A DNA stretch of 63,462 bases, the filler included, from Nemertoderma westbladi (lineage: Eukaryota > Animalia > Xenacoelomorpha), in NCBI GenBank assembly GCA_032718475.1. It is 4 parts of 4 records of this genome, joined end to end, with 100 filler letters (N's around TTAATTAATTAA, not from the genome) between each part and the next. Parts side by side here need not be neighbours in the genome. Positions count along the whole stretch, not along the records: positions 1 to 28,448 come from JAUCBJ010005293.1; 3 more parts are not named here. The stretch is one strand, 5' to 3'. The notes under the pieces are model-generated. The model saw only the letters and a list, made by a program, of their open reading frames with translations. It had not been told where the DNA came from and ran no database searches. The translations under genes were made by a program, and so were the position numbers. Positions 10,430-24,257 of this stretch are shown in pieces. Position 1 is the stretch's first letter. Every line of letters begins with the position of its first letter.

Positions 10430-13400
10430 ATGGCAGATACATCTTAGAACATGTGTAGAACATCTTAGACCGAAGTCCAAGTCCCCTCCTACTGTAAGAA
10501 AGGTCATCTCTTCAGTAGTGGTATCAGATCCTAGGCTAGTCAAGCACCATAGGTCTATTATAGGCACGCGGGCTCAAGTCAAGCGGGACCAAGAGGCAGC
10601 TGTTAAACAACAGCACCAGCAACACCCGAGCTGAGAACTTATTTCTCAGCGGTCAGATAGCTCCAGTAGTACAGATACTGTAGAGTTGACACCAGAGATC
10701 GGAGCAAAGATGGCAGAAGCAGTTTATTCTGATCCGCTTCTCATTCTTCCTGAGGCTATACTCACGAGAGTATTGATCGCTGTGGAAGAACATCAAATCG
10801 ATTGGGCGAGAAGTAAGCGATCGACCAAAGATAGTTATGCTGGATACCCGATGGAAGAACTGAGGTCTATTGTCGAGGCGCAATGGAACTTCCCCGGACC
10901 CAGACTCCCATTTAACTTATCGGAAGCTACCTGGGAGGACTTATACCGGATGGGAGTAGTCAAGGATACTAGAGATCCCGCTGTGTGGAAGAGGTCGGCA
11001 GCAGGATATGTCCAGGGATTCTTCAGCTCTTTGGAGCGATTAGAGGAACACCTGTTTTAACAACCTCACGGACCTCAAGAGCAGGGAGAGCTGCTTTATC
11101 AAGTTCGCGAACGAATTCTACGGATCAGACTAATCCTTTCAGCCTTTGAGGAAGCCTCGAAGAGAAGCCAAGACACGTCGTTGCAAGTCACCGTAAAGAA
11201 TTGGTTCCAACGAGTGAGTCTTAAAGTCCAAGGAACGACACAATGGAAAATTCAGCTAGCTGAGCGCTCGACCCAAGGAGAATCAACAGATGCTGCCTTT
11301 TCTCAAGTGGAAAGCGAAGTTACGTCAGAAAAACCTCAGAAGAAGGACACTATTGACATCTATCTGTCAGACTATCAACGATTTATAGGTACAAAGAGTT
11401 AAGGAGACGGCTAGCTGGACTTCACCCTAAGAGTGAGGGAGCCAAATTTGTGTTGGACTCGTTGGTTGCGGAAATATTAGCCGTTGAGCAGGCTAAATTT
11501 GATGAAAGCATCCGTATCGCTAGGGAACAGGAAGAACAGTTAAAGAAAAAACGTATAGAAGACAGAAAGGCAGCAGCAGCGGCAGCTGCAGAAGTTGAAA
11601 GAAAGGCGGCAGCGGCAGCGGCAGCGGCAGCGGCAGTGGCAGAGGCTGAAAGAAAAGCGACAGCTGCAGCAGTAGAAGCGGAAAGAAAAGTGGCAGCGGC
11701 AATGGCAGCAGCAGAGGCAGAAGCGGAAAGAAAAGTAGCAGCGGCAGAAGCGGTAAGAAAAGCGGCAGAGGCAGTGGCAGAAGCAGAACGGAGGGCATCT
11801 GAAGAGACAACCCAACAAGAGTTGGAAAATCTTCAAGAGAAGCAAGACAACTTCAATAAACAGAGAACAGCTACTCATATGCAGCTGCTAAAGTCGATCT
11901 ACTCCCAAGAGACAGGGATTTACATCCTCTGACGAGGGCGATACAACAGATCCTGAAGGCGGAGGAAATCGATCTCGTTCCAGCGGACGTAGAAGAGCGC
12001 CACACCATCAGAAATTGCCTAATCTGCCCCCAGCTGTGAGAAGGCAACTGGCTAGTGTAGATTTAAGTAATCCTGAGCCTACAGACCAAATTATTAGAAT
12101 AGAAAGACTCCCTACTATAGTGGATGAGCCTGAAATAATTAGGCCTGTTCTCGAAGCCACCCCCTCTGTCATAGAGACCCCTGTACTTACAGAACCTAAC
12201 TCTAAATTCCCTTTGCACAGTACTAAACTACCTGTGCCCAGTAGGACAGTTCCTGAGTCAATGCCAGTCCTGGACGCCAAGCGAGACATTAACGATCTAT
12301 TGCCCGTCGTCCCTCGTCTACCCGCTACTATGTTGGCGGCTCCCGCTTCGGCGGTAGAGTGGGTGGATGAGGGACGGCGGGAGATGGGTCTTTTGCTCGG
12401 GCAGCTGAGAGAACACTGTGTGTGTTCCTCCCAGCAGGTCCGGGAGTTGGACGGGACTGTTCAGCAGTTAAAGGGAACAGTAAGAGAGGGGAGGTTAGAA
12501 TTGCAAGAAGTGCAGCAGAGTATCGCGTTAGAACGCGATAAGGTAGTAAATATACAAAAGGGTATACAATAACCCCCTGTAACAATGTGTCAACCTGTTA
12601 GGTCTGAAGTATTTCAAGCGCAAAGTGTGGAGCCTACACGCATCTATACTGCTAGTGAAGTAGAGACTCCTATAGTAAACCCTATTAAGGATAATTATAA
12701 ACCTGTTGATAATGATATTCCATATAGACCTGATCATAATCCGAGAAATTTATATACCGATAATTCGATATTAAATAATACGATGGCCCAATAAAGTTTT
12801 ACGCGTCAAATGGCCAGAACAGAAGCCCGTCAAGCGGTAAAGACAAGAGATCGTCAAGTTCAAACGAGATGAGAGGAAATGGTTACCTTTTAATGAATAT
12901 TACAAAGATAACATACAGAACTCTGTACTATCCAACGGAGAGAAACTTAGATTCCTCATTGAGAGCTTGGAAGGACCTCCCAAGTTAATGGCGTTAAAGT
13001 TTATTGGACATCCAGATGGATTAAGACAAGTTTGGGATACACTAAACATCAGGTATGGTAATAGGACTAACATAGCTAGGTATTTGTATGTGAAATTAGT
13101 AGCGCCCTGAAAGTTTCTTAGCAGCGGGATTATAGAATTTTCCGATGAGATCCAGAGATCTGTAGACAGTTAGATTGGCTAGGTAAGTCTCATGAATATC
13201 AGAGTTCTATGGTTGTTGGAGCCATAGCATCTACTTTACCGAAGGGTGGAGTAGGTACGCGTTGGGATAAGAGAGTTCTCTATATGATGGACCAGCAACA
13301 AAGAGACCCTACCATGACTGATCTCATGTCATTTTTAAATGGAGAGGTAAGATTACAGCTCCTAAAGCAGTCCTGAGAGAAGACACTGGAAAATAAAGTA

Positions 13401-13900
13401 AGTGAAAAACCCGTTTCTAGGAGAAAGGTAACACTAGTATGTTATACAGACGACGGCGAAAGCCAAACCTCCCAAGAGGAGAACAGCGGGAAAGACACCA
13501 AAAGATCTTACTATGTCAACAAAACAATTAAAGACGTAAGTAAATTTAAGTCTCGAACCTGTGACAGGAGAGAACAGGTAACAAAAACTCCTCCTACGTC
13601 TCCTAAGAGAATTCATGGAAGAAAGCCCGAGGAAAGAACAAGTGTGCAAAACACTACCCAAGTTAAAGTAAGTATCATCAAACCCAAATGTGTATTGTGC
13701 GACGGGCCCCATCGTCTAAGTGGATGTGATGAATTCTTAAAGAAATCCCTAAAGGATAGACGTGATGTCATGTGGGATAAGCGGTTGTGTTATAATTGTC
13801 TCAGACAAGGACACCAACAGCGAACCTGTTACTCCGACGCGAGGTGTGCTAAGTGCGGCGCAAAACATCATATCTTGCTGCATGCGGAATTCGAAAAAAC
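10430..13900 (+). pseudogene. gag: BEL/Pao gag region with long N-terminal extension (multiple stops and frameshifts)
   Basis: DUF1759-like segment at ~12860-13100 (KWLPFNEYY...LSNGEKLRFLIESLEG...LNIRYGN). Triple zinc knuckle CVLCDGPHRLSGC / CYNCLRQGHQQRTC / CAKCGAKHHILLH. Upstream Ala/Glu/Lys coiled-coil repeat at 11450-11932. The 5' boundary is approximate. Confidence 0.8.
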
Positions 13901-16900
13901 CAGCAAGAGTCAGGTAAGTGAGCCCGAACTACATGTCCAATTCAGTGATGTGAACGACACTGACAACAGCTCTGAGATGGAAGGATTTTACACAGACGAA
14001 TTCTCCGATGAAAACGAATCCTGTTATATGATAAACACCGCGGTGTATCGAGCGCTTATGTATGAAACTGACACCGATAATGAAGTGCAGTGGACTATTC
14101 CGGACAGACAACCATCTTGGAAAGTGCCAACTTCCAAAGTCGGAATCCGGGAATTCCCGGTAGTTCAGCTGAAAGTCCATGGGCCAGCCAAGAGTTTTAT
14201 AGTAAACGCCCTCCTAGACTCCGGCAGTACAGGAACATTCATCGACAAAGAACTAGCCGAAGACATCTTTGCTGGACAACCCAAGTTCCGAACTAAGTTG
14301 AACCTTTCAGGAATTATGCAGGTTTGGAAATCTACAGTAGCTACAGACTACTATGTAGGAGCGTTGTCCACTCCCCAGGACAAACTAGGAGAACACAGCA
14401 TAAGGTCAGTAAAAATGGTGGCGATAAAGAACTTTGCTACCAGCCAAGTAGAACCTTACAACTGGGATGAAGACGATTTTACCCAGCAACATAATATCCC
14501 TAGATTCAACACTGACTACCCAGGGGTACAAATATTGATCGGCCAAAATGCGCATGAGGCGCTGGAGACATTAGAAAAACGGCCTGCTTGACCGCAACCA
14601 TTGCAAACATATGCGGGAAGAACAAGAGTAGGTTGGTACTTCACTGGACCTTCCCGTAGAACACTCATGGAAAGATTACCCACCGACCATATACATCAGG
14701 TGAGTGAATGGGAAGAAGAAATCAGTGAGGGAGAGACCACACCTGAGGGAACACCATACTCCTCAGATAACGATGATATTTCCCAATTATTTGACGAGGA
14801 AAATACAAACGACCTCCTCAACGAGAGTGAAGTTTGGAGAAACCAAATGCAACTGTGCCATCTTGTCAACCATGGCGGACAATTCAACTATAACGACGAG
14901 CTAAATGCGGTGATAGATCGATACAACGATAAAATTCGCGATGAACATGCCGTACGATTCTTTACTCAAGAAGCTGTAGAGCCTAATTCCTACGATAAGG
15001 CTCTATCTGTCAAAGAGGAAAGAGCCAAGCAGATCCAGAAAACGACTACACGTTTTCTTAAGGACCAAGGTAGGTATGAGTTTGGTCTTCCGTTCCGACG
15101 GCGAGAACCTAATTTCATTAATAACAGACCCTTGGCGGAGAAGAGAATCGCGCAACTACATCGGCGTCTTACGGCTAATGCTTCAGCTAAAGAGATGTAT
15201 AAGACCCAGCTGAAGAAATTCATAGATAAGGGATACACGGAGCGAGTACCGGAAGAAACACCCGTAACTGAGAGAACGTATTATCTAACACATCATTACG
15301 TTTCCAAACCCGGTAAACCCAATGAAGTCTGGGTAGTATTCGACGGCTCCGCCCTTTACATGGGCCAATCCCTTAATTCCGAGTTGTTGCCGGGACCCAA
15401 CTTACTCCAATCCTTGTTGGGAATACTCTTAAGATTACGGCAATATTCTATCGCTTTCGACTCGGATATAGAAGGTATGTTCTTACAAGTTAAGGCGCTG
15501 GATAGGGATCGAGACAGCCTACGATTTCTGTGGTGGCCTGAAGGAGACCTCGACCAAAAACCAGTGGAGTACTGGATGACCATCCAGGCTTTCGGGATCA
15601 TCTCAAGCCCCTCGAACGCTTGCTCAGTAGTGCGTACTACTGCGGATGACAACCGGGACGCCTTCTCAAAAGCGGTTATCGACAACATCAAATGGGATAT
15701 CTACATGGACGACAATTTAAAGTCCCTCCCATCGGTGGAAGAAGCCATTGATGTTGCCAAGGGAACGGTAGAGTGCTTGAAACGCGGTGGATTTCATCTA
15801 ACCAAATTCACAAGTAACTCCCGTGAGTTTCTGGAATCGATCCCGGTGGAAGATCGAGGAGTTAAAAATCTGGACCTTATCAAGGACGATCTTCCGGAAA
15901 CCAAGACGCTTGGTTTGAAATGGGACACGGAGAGAGATATCCTGTTTTTTCAGCTAAAACCTCGAGATAATCCAGTTCGAACCAACCGGATTTGTCTAAG
16001 TATCCTGAGCACTTATTTCGATCCATTGGGATTTATTAGCCCAGTTATATTAGTTGCTCGGAGCTTAGTGCAACAAATGTGGCTTGAAAAGCACTCATGG
16101 GACGATCCACTTAAGGAAGAACTACTAAAGAATTGGATGAAATGGGAAGATTATCTACCTTCCATCGAGAACTTTATTATTTCCCGTTCATATTTTGGTC
16201 ACGTTCTCCCCACATATTCCTATCAACTCCATGTGTTTGGAGACGCCAGCGATATGGGAATAGGTATAGTAGCCTACCTGAGGGTTGAAACTCCGGATGG
16301 AATCAAAGTTGCCTTGGTTACCTCTAAGGCCTTGATAAACAACAAACTACGAGTTCCTCGAGCGGAGTTAAAGGCGGCTCTATACGCTACAGCCATCGGC
16401 CGGAATGTAACAGAACAGATCGACTATCCACTGGAGTAAACTGTCTATTGGACTGATGCTTTACTCATTTTGGAGTATATAACCAATGAAGTCTGTCAGT
16501 TCAGCATCTTTGTTACCAACAGAGTAGCCATTATACTTAGTCGCACTAATGTAGATCAATGGAGACATTGCCCTGGGACGATTAATAGCCTCCAGAGGAG
16601 CAACTCCTCAAGAACTGATAGATACTCCGGACTGGTTAGGTGGACCCGACTTCCTAAGTAAAGAAGGAAATGAATGGCCTCCTCATCTCACCACAGCTGA
16701 GATTAGACAAGCCAAGGGAGCGGAGAAAGTCAAACCTAAAACCCGGACGAGTAAATCAAAGTTATTCAAACCAGTGATAGATCTATCTGTACTACACACT
16801 TCTGGAGACGACGCTGTGGATCTAAACTCACCCGCCACAAATAAATCTGTTGTGGAAATCAGAGAGAGAGACTGGAAATCTGGAACACCAGACGTCTCGC

Positions 16901-18568
16901 AGGGACTCTCACCTCTCCTGCAGAGAGCGATAAATCACTAAGGCTCCTGGAATCGGCTCTGTAAGGCCGTTGTGTATTTGAAGCGATGCATCCACCATCA
17001 TTACTCCAGGACGAAGATCGCTAGTGATACCGCTCCACTGACATCTGCGCAGGTCCATGTTATTAAAGATCTTCCCAAATATAAAGTACCAGATAGGTTT
17101 CTGAAGGAGAAGATCAGTTACCAGGAGCATGAAGAAACCAATAAGCAGATACTGAGACTCCTGCATTGCTATGAAGATTCCGATAAGTATTTCCTGTTGT
17201 TGAGAAATCCACAAGGGCTTAAGGGATCGTTTCTCTAGCACAATGATAGATGGGTTAATACTTGTTGGAGGGAGACTAACTAATGCTCCATTGTCCTTTG
17301 ACACTAAATTCCCCATACTCATTAGAAATCTTGAAATGCAAATCAAGATGATTGTAGATGTTCACAGTAGGCTTTACCATGCTGGTAGAGAACGAGTTCT
17401 TAGCGAAATTCGAACTTGCTATTATTTTCATAAACCCCGTAGAGCTCTGAACAGGGTTCTTAGGAACTGTATACCCTGTGGGAAAGTATTTAGTAGGCCT
17501 TTAACACAGCGAGAGGCACAATTACCTAGGGAACGAGTAAGCTTCTATGAACCACCCTTTACTAATACCGGTGTGGATTTATTTGGCCCTATTGAAGTAT
17601 ATCGTGCTAGGACTATAATCAAGCGATGGTGTGTCATCTTTGTCTGTATGACTTGTAGAGCGATCCATCTAGATATGGTGAACGATGTATCTACCAACAG
17701 CTTCATACTGAGTTTACGCCGACAGATCGCTCGCTTTGGAACTAGCAATACGATGAGATCTGATAAGGGAACGAACTTCATTGGTGCCAATAATGAGATC
17801 AAAGCTTACGTTAGAGATTGGAACCAAAGACAGGTGGACGATCAGCTAAGGGTAACAGCATCTAGCTGGACCTTCAACGCCGCCGACGCCCCTTGGTGGG
17901 GAGGAAGTTGGGAGAGATTGATAAGGAGCGTAAAGACCGCATTTCACTTTATAGTGCCTTGCCGCACGTATCTCACCGACGAACTTTTACGGACGTTAAT
18001 GGAGGAAATCGCCGCCTATCTTAACGAGAGACCGCTTATGCCAGTCTCATCGAGTCCCGACTCCCTAGAAGCGCTAACACCCGCGCATTTCCTACTGAAG
18101 AAACCTGTAGCCATGCTCCCACGATCGGAAGTTACGGACGGAGACAAATACTGCTGACAAACTTGGCAGCTTATGCAGTTATTATCCCGTTGTTTCGCTG
18201 ACCATTTCGAAAAATATTATCTGCCTACGCTACAACTTCGAACCAAATGGTTTGCGCAGCAGGAAAACTTCAGCGCCGGAGACATGGTACTTATTGTGGA
18301 CTCAGATCTTCCACGTAAGCGATGGCAGACAGGTCGTATCATCGAGACTCATATATCCGATGATGGTTTAGTGCGATCGGTAGAACTCGTCGTCATGCGA
18401 CGTAACTTTAAGAAACCTGCATTCGAAACGCAACAACTCAATCGCCCAGTTGGTCGTTTATGTTTACTGGAAAGAGACAGAGAACTATCCGGAAACTATG
18501 GAAGGCAAGATACTCTTCCCACGACCACCTCCCTAATCCAACAAACATCTAGGGACTCCCCAACGTAA
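13901..18568 (+). pseudogene. pol: BEL/Pao pol: aspartic protease, RT, RNase H, integrase and C-terminal DUF5641-like region
   Basis: ALLDSGS; VVFDGS, DIEGMFLQV, YMDD, LGLKWD; LHVFGDAS, PRAELKAA; HHCC, GVDLFGP, SDKGTNF, WWGGSWERL; broken by several stops and frameshifts. Confidence 0.95.
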
Positions 18569-20305
18569 CAGCGTCTGGAGTGGGTGTGTGACTATATTAT
18601 TTTCCATTTTTTTTATTATTTTTTATATTTATGTATGTATTATTATGTAATTTTATTATAATCGTTTTCTTTAATTTTATTTAGTAGAATGTTATTTTAG
18701 CGATTATTTAGTAGATTAGTGCAATATATATATTCGTGTTTATTTCTTAATTACTTATATTATATATTTAGTGCAACGGCGAGAAATAATTCTTTTTTCT
18801 CTTTCCTTACTGTCCGTATCATATTATAAATACGTGACTACAGTAAGAAGAAATGTCCGTACTTATTAAAGTACAATAAAGCTCCTACTATATTCAAGTA
18901 TTATTGGTAAGTAGAGTATTAGGAATGCAAAGTTCAGATCCTCGTGTCTCGGCTAAACCAAGCTCTGGGTAGACCTTGGAAACGACTTGCCTCTTCTAAC
19001 TGACATTGTTTCTTGCGATATTGCTCTCATACCGTATATTAAATAATACATATAGTAGCATGATGTCCCTTTAACAGTAGCGTAAAACGCAAAATAAATC
19101 TGTTAAACCCTTTGACCATCTGTAATTCTAGTCGATTAAGATATCGCGGCACCCACCGATATACTTGAGAGACAAAATTATAGAATCAGTGGTTAACGTC
19201 CCCAGACAAGTTCTGGAATAAATTGGTGCCCATCTTAATTTTTAGTTAATATTTATAAAAATATATTAAAACAAATGTTATAATAGAGTAAATGCATATT
19301 AATAAACTCTAAGGAGTTTGCAAACCCAGGAAATCTATAAATCAAATTCTGTTAAAATTTAGATCCTTTGAAATTCTAGTCGATTAAGATATCGTAGCAC
19401 TTACCGATACTCTTAAAGGACAAATTTCCTAGAATTAGGGATCCTAGTCCCCAGACATGCTCTGTAATGTAATTCTGTCTATTTTAGTGATAAATAATAA
19501 AATTTACGGGAATAAATTTAAATTCATATCATCTCATGAATTTGGTAAATTGTCATTTTATACAATTTATAACATTCCCAAAATTCCATTAATTAATAGA
19601 TCATGGGAGCGGAGATTCACCCTATTAAGTATATTAGTGTGAGAAAATCTCCAATATATAGTCAATAGCCGATAAAATTCATAAAATCATGTATAAAGGG
19701 GAATATTGACAATTAAAGAATTACTATAAAATAGCATCCCAGATCTGTATGCATGAGAATTACTCTAATTCTACTGCTAACTTTCCATAATGTCACCATA
19801 GCAACAACCACGCCAGAATTAGAAGCGAGTTAAAAGAACAATAGAAAGCTTGCCCCATTGAATAGCATACGGAATAAATAGCACACTGCTAGTATCCAGG
19901 GATACATAATAATAACGTGACATTCTGGAAGGCACTTGACTAACGGACAAATGACCCGAATGTGTGACAGAATGTGTACAATTTGTCACAGTTGTGTGGA
20001 ATTTGTGCGTTTATAGGTGAATGTTACTACTAAAGTGTGTTTACAGTAGCGAGTTGCAGTTGTGAAAGTAGCCCTACCTCTGTAGCAAGAACCTGAAGTA
20101 AATCTAAGCCCTTGGGACGGACAGTGGAGTGACTCGCGCTGGTTGTTGTTGTCGTTGTGTAGCTACTACGTTGGCGATAGACACGGCGGCGACAGTACAT
20201 CAGCGCTGAGGATCTTGCGCTGTCCGGGGGCCTTGAGGGGTAGGCAGCGAAGACCGCTAGCCTAAATATAATTGATTATAATATTGATAAACTCATACAG
20301 CAACT

Positions 20306-21859
20306 ATGACTGAGTTGATAGAAGATGATCTTGGTATCAGGGAACGATATACCCTACCATTGCAAGCGTTTGTTGATAGCTTAATAAGCAGCGACGCTAG
20401 TCAACCCACTATGGAGGACGATGGTCGTTATATCGAAACGCCAATGTCCAAGGAACAACTCACGTGTTAATTGGACTATAGAAAATTCACCGCTCGCTAT
20501 ACGCATCGTAATGGTACGTATATGGACTTCTTAACTACTGGTCATCCTATCGATTTACACGATACGGATGATATAGACACCGAAAGGGAAATGGTTCTAT
20601 TTAAATATCATACCCAGCAGAGTCGGAACGATAAACCAAGGATCGAACACGATAATTCTATCCAAAACCGACTCGAAAGAGAAGACGTTGAAGAGCCGGG
20701 TAAACGCAGTGACTTCAACGAATATCTGGAATTCTTGAGAGAAACATATCTCAATATTGCAGGTCAACAAAATCTAGAAACTCGATATCCTCAAGGTATA
20801 CATCATGACCCTATGATAGAACTCAAACGGCTCTATTTTACTATGATGTATCTTACCGCCGATCGACCGCTACCTGTTGTCCCGGATAGCTTCGAACAGA
20901 TGGAGGAATATTGTAAAACTGGAGAATGATCACCAGCGTTTCCCCTACAGGACGTGCGTCTTTGGTATTATTGCGATGAATGTCCTAGACCCAACCAGCA
21001 AACGGAAAGACATAAACATCCGCGGAGACGTTGCGCTAAACACAGTTTTTCTCGCTATACTTATGGGAGTTTTGAGAGAAACTTGTTCGACGTATCACCT
21101 ACACTCGCTCGACTCAAACGATCCTTAAATAAACCGATAATCAGAGTTCCGGAATACTCGATCAGACCTCCTCATTCCCTAATGAGACCTCAGACTCTTG
21201 ATCCTAATAGTATGATGGATCCTCCCGAACTGTACTCACTGTTTAAAGATCTAGTGTTACCCGAACAATTAGTCGGTGGCACTCTGGTTGGGGGCTCCCT
21301 AGATATTCGCCCATCTTACCAAGCCGGATTGGGACGCGGACATCTAATATCGCCGTTTAACCCGTATAACCGTCCCGGTTTAACCCTGATACAACCTGTC
21401 ATCAAGGTGGAGGAGAGCGTTGTACGAAACGCGTTAGACGCTATTCGGCAAAAGATCGGAAAATGAACTTACGATTGTTTAGAGAAACGTAAATTGCAGC
21501 AGCAAGTTCAAGCAGTAAAAGAATTGGCTTTACCTCAGTTCGATCGGGAAATCCAGAATCGCGAAGAAGATATCGAACTTAGACGACCCTATTCTCTGCG
21601 AGAGTTTGCGGAGGAAAATCAGCTCGAGGAGAAGCATATCGAAATGGACGAGACACCGACCGTAACCCTAAACCTTCCGATGCAATTGTATTGCACCCTT
21701 CACCCAGGAGTTGTGGCCCTCCTAGTAAAGTGGCTCGCCCCAAAGAGAAAAGGACTCTTGCTAGCCTCAAAAAACTTCGTAAACGCCATTCATGTAAGAA
21801 GGACTAGTAGTTTAGAGTATTCTTATATTTTAGAAACTGTGATTTTGTATATTTTATAG
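20306..21859 (+). pseudogene. Extra orphan ORF of the BEL element (~517 codons, 3 in-frame stops)
   Basis: ATG at 20306. ORFs 20471-20929, 20954-21466 and 21494-21859 are all in the same frame, separated by single stops. The frame ends 26 nt before the 3' LTR. Confidence 0.7.
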
Positions 21860-21885
21860 ACTCAAATCCCATTTAATGGGAGCAG

Positions 21886-23070
21886 TGTAAAAGCTTTTGC
21901 GGATATAACAAGCCATTTTTCTCCGCAATATACCGTGTAGGTGTTTTAGCGGACATAACAAGCCATTTTTACCCGCTATGTCTGCATGTGTGCTTTAGTG
22001 GACATAACAAGCCATTTTTGCCGCAATGCGCATAATACTCTAAAGACTGGGACTCAGATGACGACATCTATCAGCTGATTTACTGCCGACGTGGAACCTT
22101 TTCTTTGTTCTTTGCTCAGCCAATCAGAGCGATTTTCATTTTATGTGTGCTTTAGCCCTACGTAAACCGTGCTAGGCATGTCAGTGTTAGTGTTGTATCT
22201 TTTCTAAGCCCAGAACACCGGCTTAGGATTCTTCTGTGCTTCTGTAGAAGTTTCAGACTTTGGCCAGAACATTAGATGGCTTGGATTATCGAAACGTAAA
22301 ACTATTACCAACGCAAACCAATGCAACAAACAACTGACCAATTACTGAATCACTGACGCAACATATCAACACTGCAACACTGCACTACTGCAATCACCGC
22401 ATTATTTTACTGTCTGTTATTAATTGTTATATATGTAGATGGATATATTGTTATATTTGGAGAATACCGATAAAGAATCATAAAACCCCAATCTTCTTGA
22501 TTACTGAAGGTGAGAGGACAGGTTACTGGTAGCAATTGCGACTTACATTATAGTGGTTTTTGTGTGAATTAAATGCTATTTCATAATCCCTACATGTGTC
22601 AGTTGCTATCCTCCTTATATATGATCAAATTCAGTGACTGTCGGCAGATCAGTGTGAAGTAGTGTGAAGTCGTGTGAGGTAGTGTGATTGGTAATAAAGC
22701 ATCTCCTAAAGAATGCGCCTTTTACGAAACTCAGTAGCCATCTAGTTGTGATTAGTATAAGTCATAACTCTGTTTTTATACTTAAAGCGCCACGTCGTAA
22801 AGGAACTGTTAATATTTCCCCGAAAGTAAATATATTGTCAGAGATTATAGTAACGATCAATCGAATACTACAGTAGGTCTACAACGCAATAAAAAATCAA
22901 AGCATCCGAATCCAGTCTCCCTTAACAGTGGGTGAATGGTCGCGCAAGACTGGCTTCGGCTAATGTTATTTCAGTGTAATCAATAAATGTTATTGGCTAA
23001 AGTCGATTTATAAATTAGAAGACAACTAAAATTGGCAGGTTATACTGCTAAAGGTCTAAAAGCGCGAACA
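21886..23070 (+). repeat. 3' LTR (1185 bp)
   Basis: TG...CA termini; preceded by a short purine tract GGGAGCAG; followed by TSD AAATG. Confidence 0.95.
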
Positions 23071-23114
23071 AAATGTAACACTTGCACAACACTTGTCTCC
23101 ACCACCCCTTCAAG

Positions 23115-24197
23115 AAAAAATAAAAAAAATTCAACCTGTACCATCTATATAGATCTCAAAAAGGCATTCGATACCATTAATCATAAAATTTTATTAAACA
23201 AGTTAGAATGTTACGGATCTCCTTTGGATCTTATATCAAGTTTTCTGACTTCTAGATTTCAATTTGTCTCCATATCTGGCCACTCATCACCACTACTGCC
23301 CTTAACTTGCGGCGTACCTCAGGGAGGTGTTCTATCACCGTTACTGTTCCTTTTGTACATTAATGACTTGCGTAACGCTACTTCTCTTTTAACAACTCTC
23401 TTTGCCGACGACACTACTCTCCTTCACTCAGCTAAACATATTAATACTCTAATACATGACACTAATAACGAATTAAATAAACTGACTGAATGGTTAGTAG
23501 ACAATCGCCTTTCATTAAACTTATCTAAAACGGAATTTACTTTATTCTCAAATACGGTGCAAAATACAACAAATATACCTCCACTGCAAATTAATTCGAA
23601 AAATGTTAATAAATCCATATGCACAAAATTTTTAGGAATTCATGTAGACAACAAACTATCTTGGAAGTCACACGTACAATTTATTACTAAAAAAATTTCT
23701 AGAACAATTGGCATCTTTTATAAACTTATGCACTCTTTTCCACTGATTATACTCAGACAACTTTATTTTTCACTTATACATCCATATATAAACTATGGTA
23801 TAATCATATGGGGAAGCACCTATCCCACTATACTTAAACCTCTACGTACCAAAATAAATAAATTCGTCCCCTCGTAACTTTTTCACACTCTCAATCCTCC
23901 TCACTACCTCTATATAAATCTCTATCTATTTTGCCCCTTGAATTATTATATAAACATCAAGCAGCCCTATTCATGCACGATATCAATTATAGTAATATTA
24001 TATCTAATACTAGCCATATAGGCAAATTATTCATAAAAACTGCTTCCACCCACAGATATTTCACGCGTTCTGTAGCCCATGGAAACTATCATGTGCCATC
24101 AGTCCGGCTAGACTCCTCGAAACGGTCCCTGAGATATCAAGGTCCCTTGATTTGGAACGACATTCCGAATGTGAGGGGTCTGTGTGGGGATTTTTAA
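23115..24197 (+). mobile_element. 5'-truncated CR1-group (L2/Crack-like) LINE RT fragment
   Basis: IDLKKAFDTINH, GVPQGGVLSPLL, LFADDT, KFLG, YGIIIWG, GPLIWNDIP; frameshift near 23870. Confidence 0.85.
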
Positions 24198-24257
24198 CCT
24201 ATTACAATTGAAGTTTCAGTCACGACGCACATTATTTATTGAAGCAACTTGAATATC

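Larger units (their letters stand above)
1256..23070 (+). mobile_element. Full-length, decayed BEL/Pao LTR retrotransposon (about 15.6 kb without the nested LINE)
   Basis: Direct LTRs at 1256-2441 and 21886-23070; 5-bp TSD AAATG (1251-1255, 23071-23075); gag-PR-RT-RH-IN order with BEL/Pao motifs. Confidence 0.95.

Noticed and set aside
11520-11878. Leu/Pro-rich and Cys/Arg-rich minus-strand ORFs
   Set aside because: Antisense shadows of the GCA/GCG alanine repeat.
23032-23114. N-terminus of the 281-aa RT ORF
   Set aside because: Chimeric read-through from the 3' LTR and flank into a truncated LINE, not a real fusion gene.
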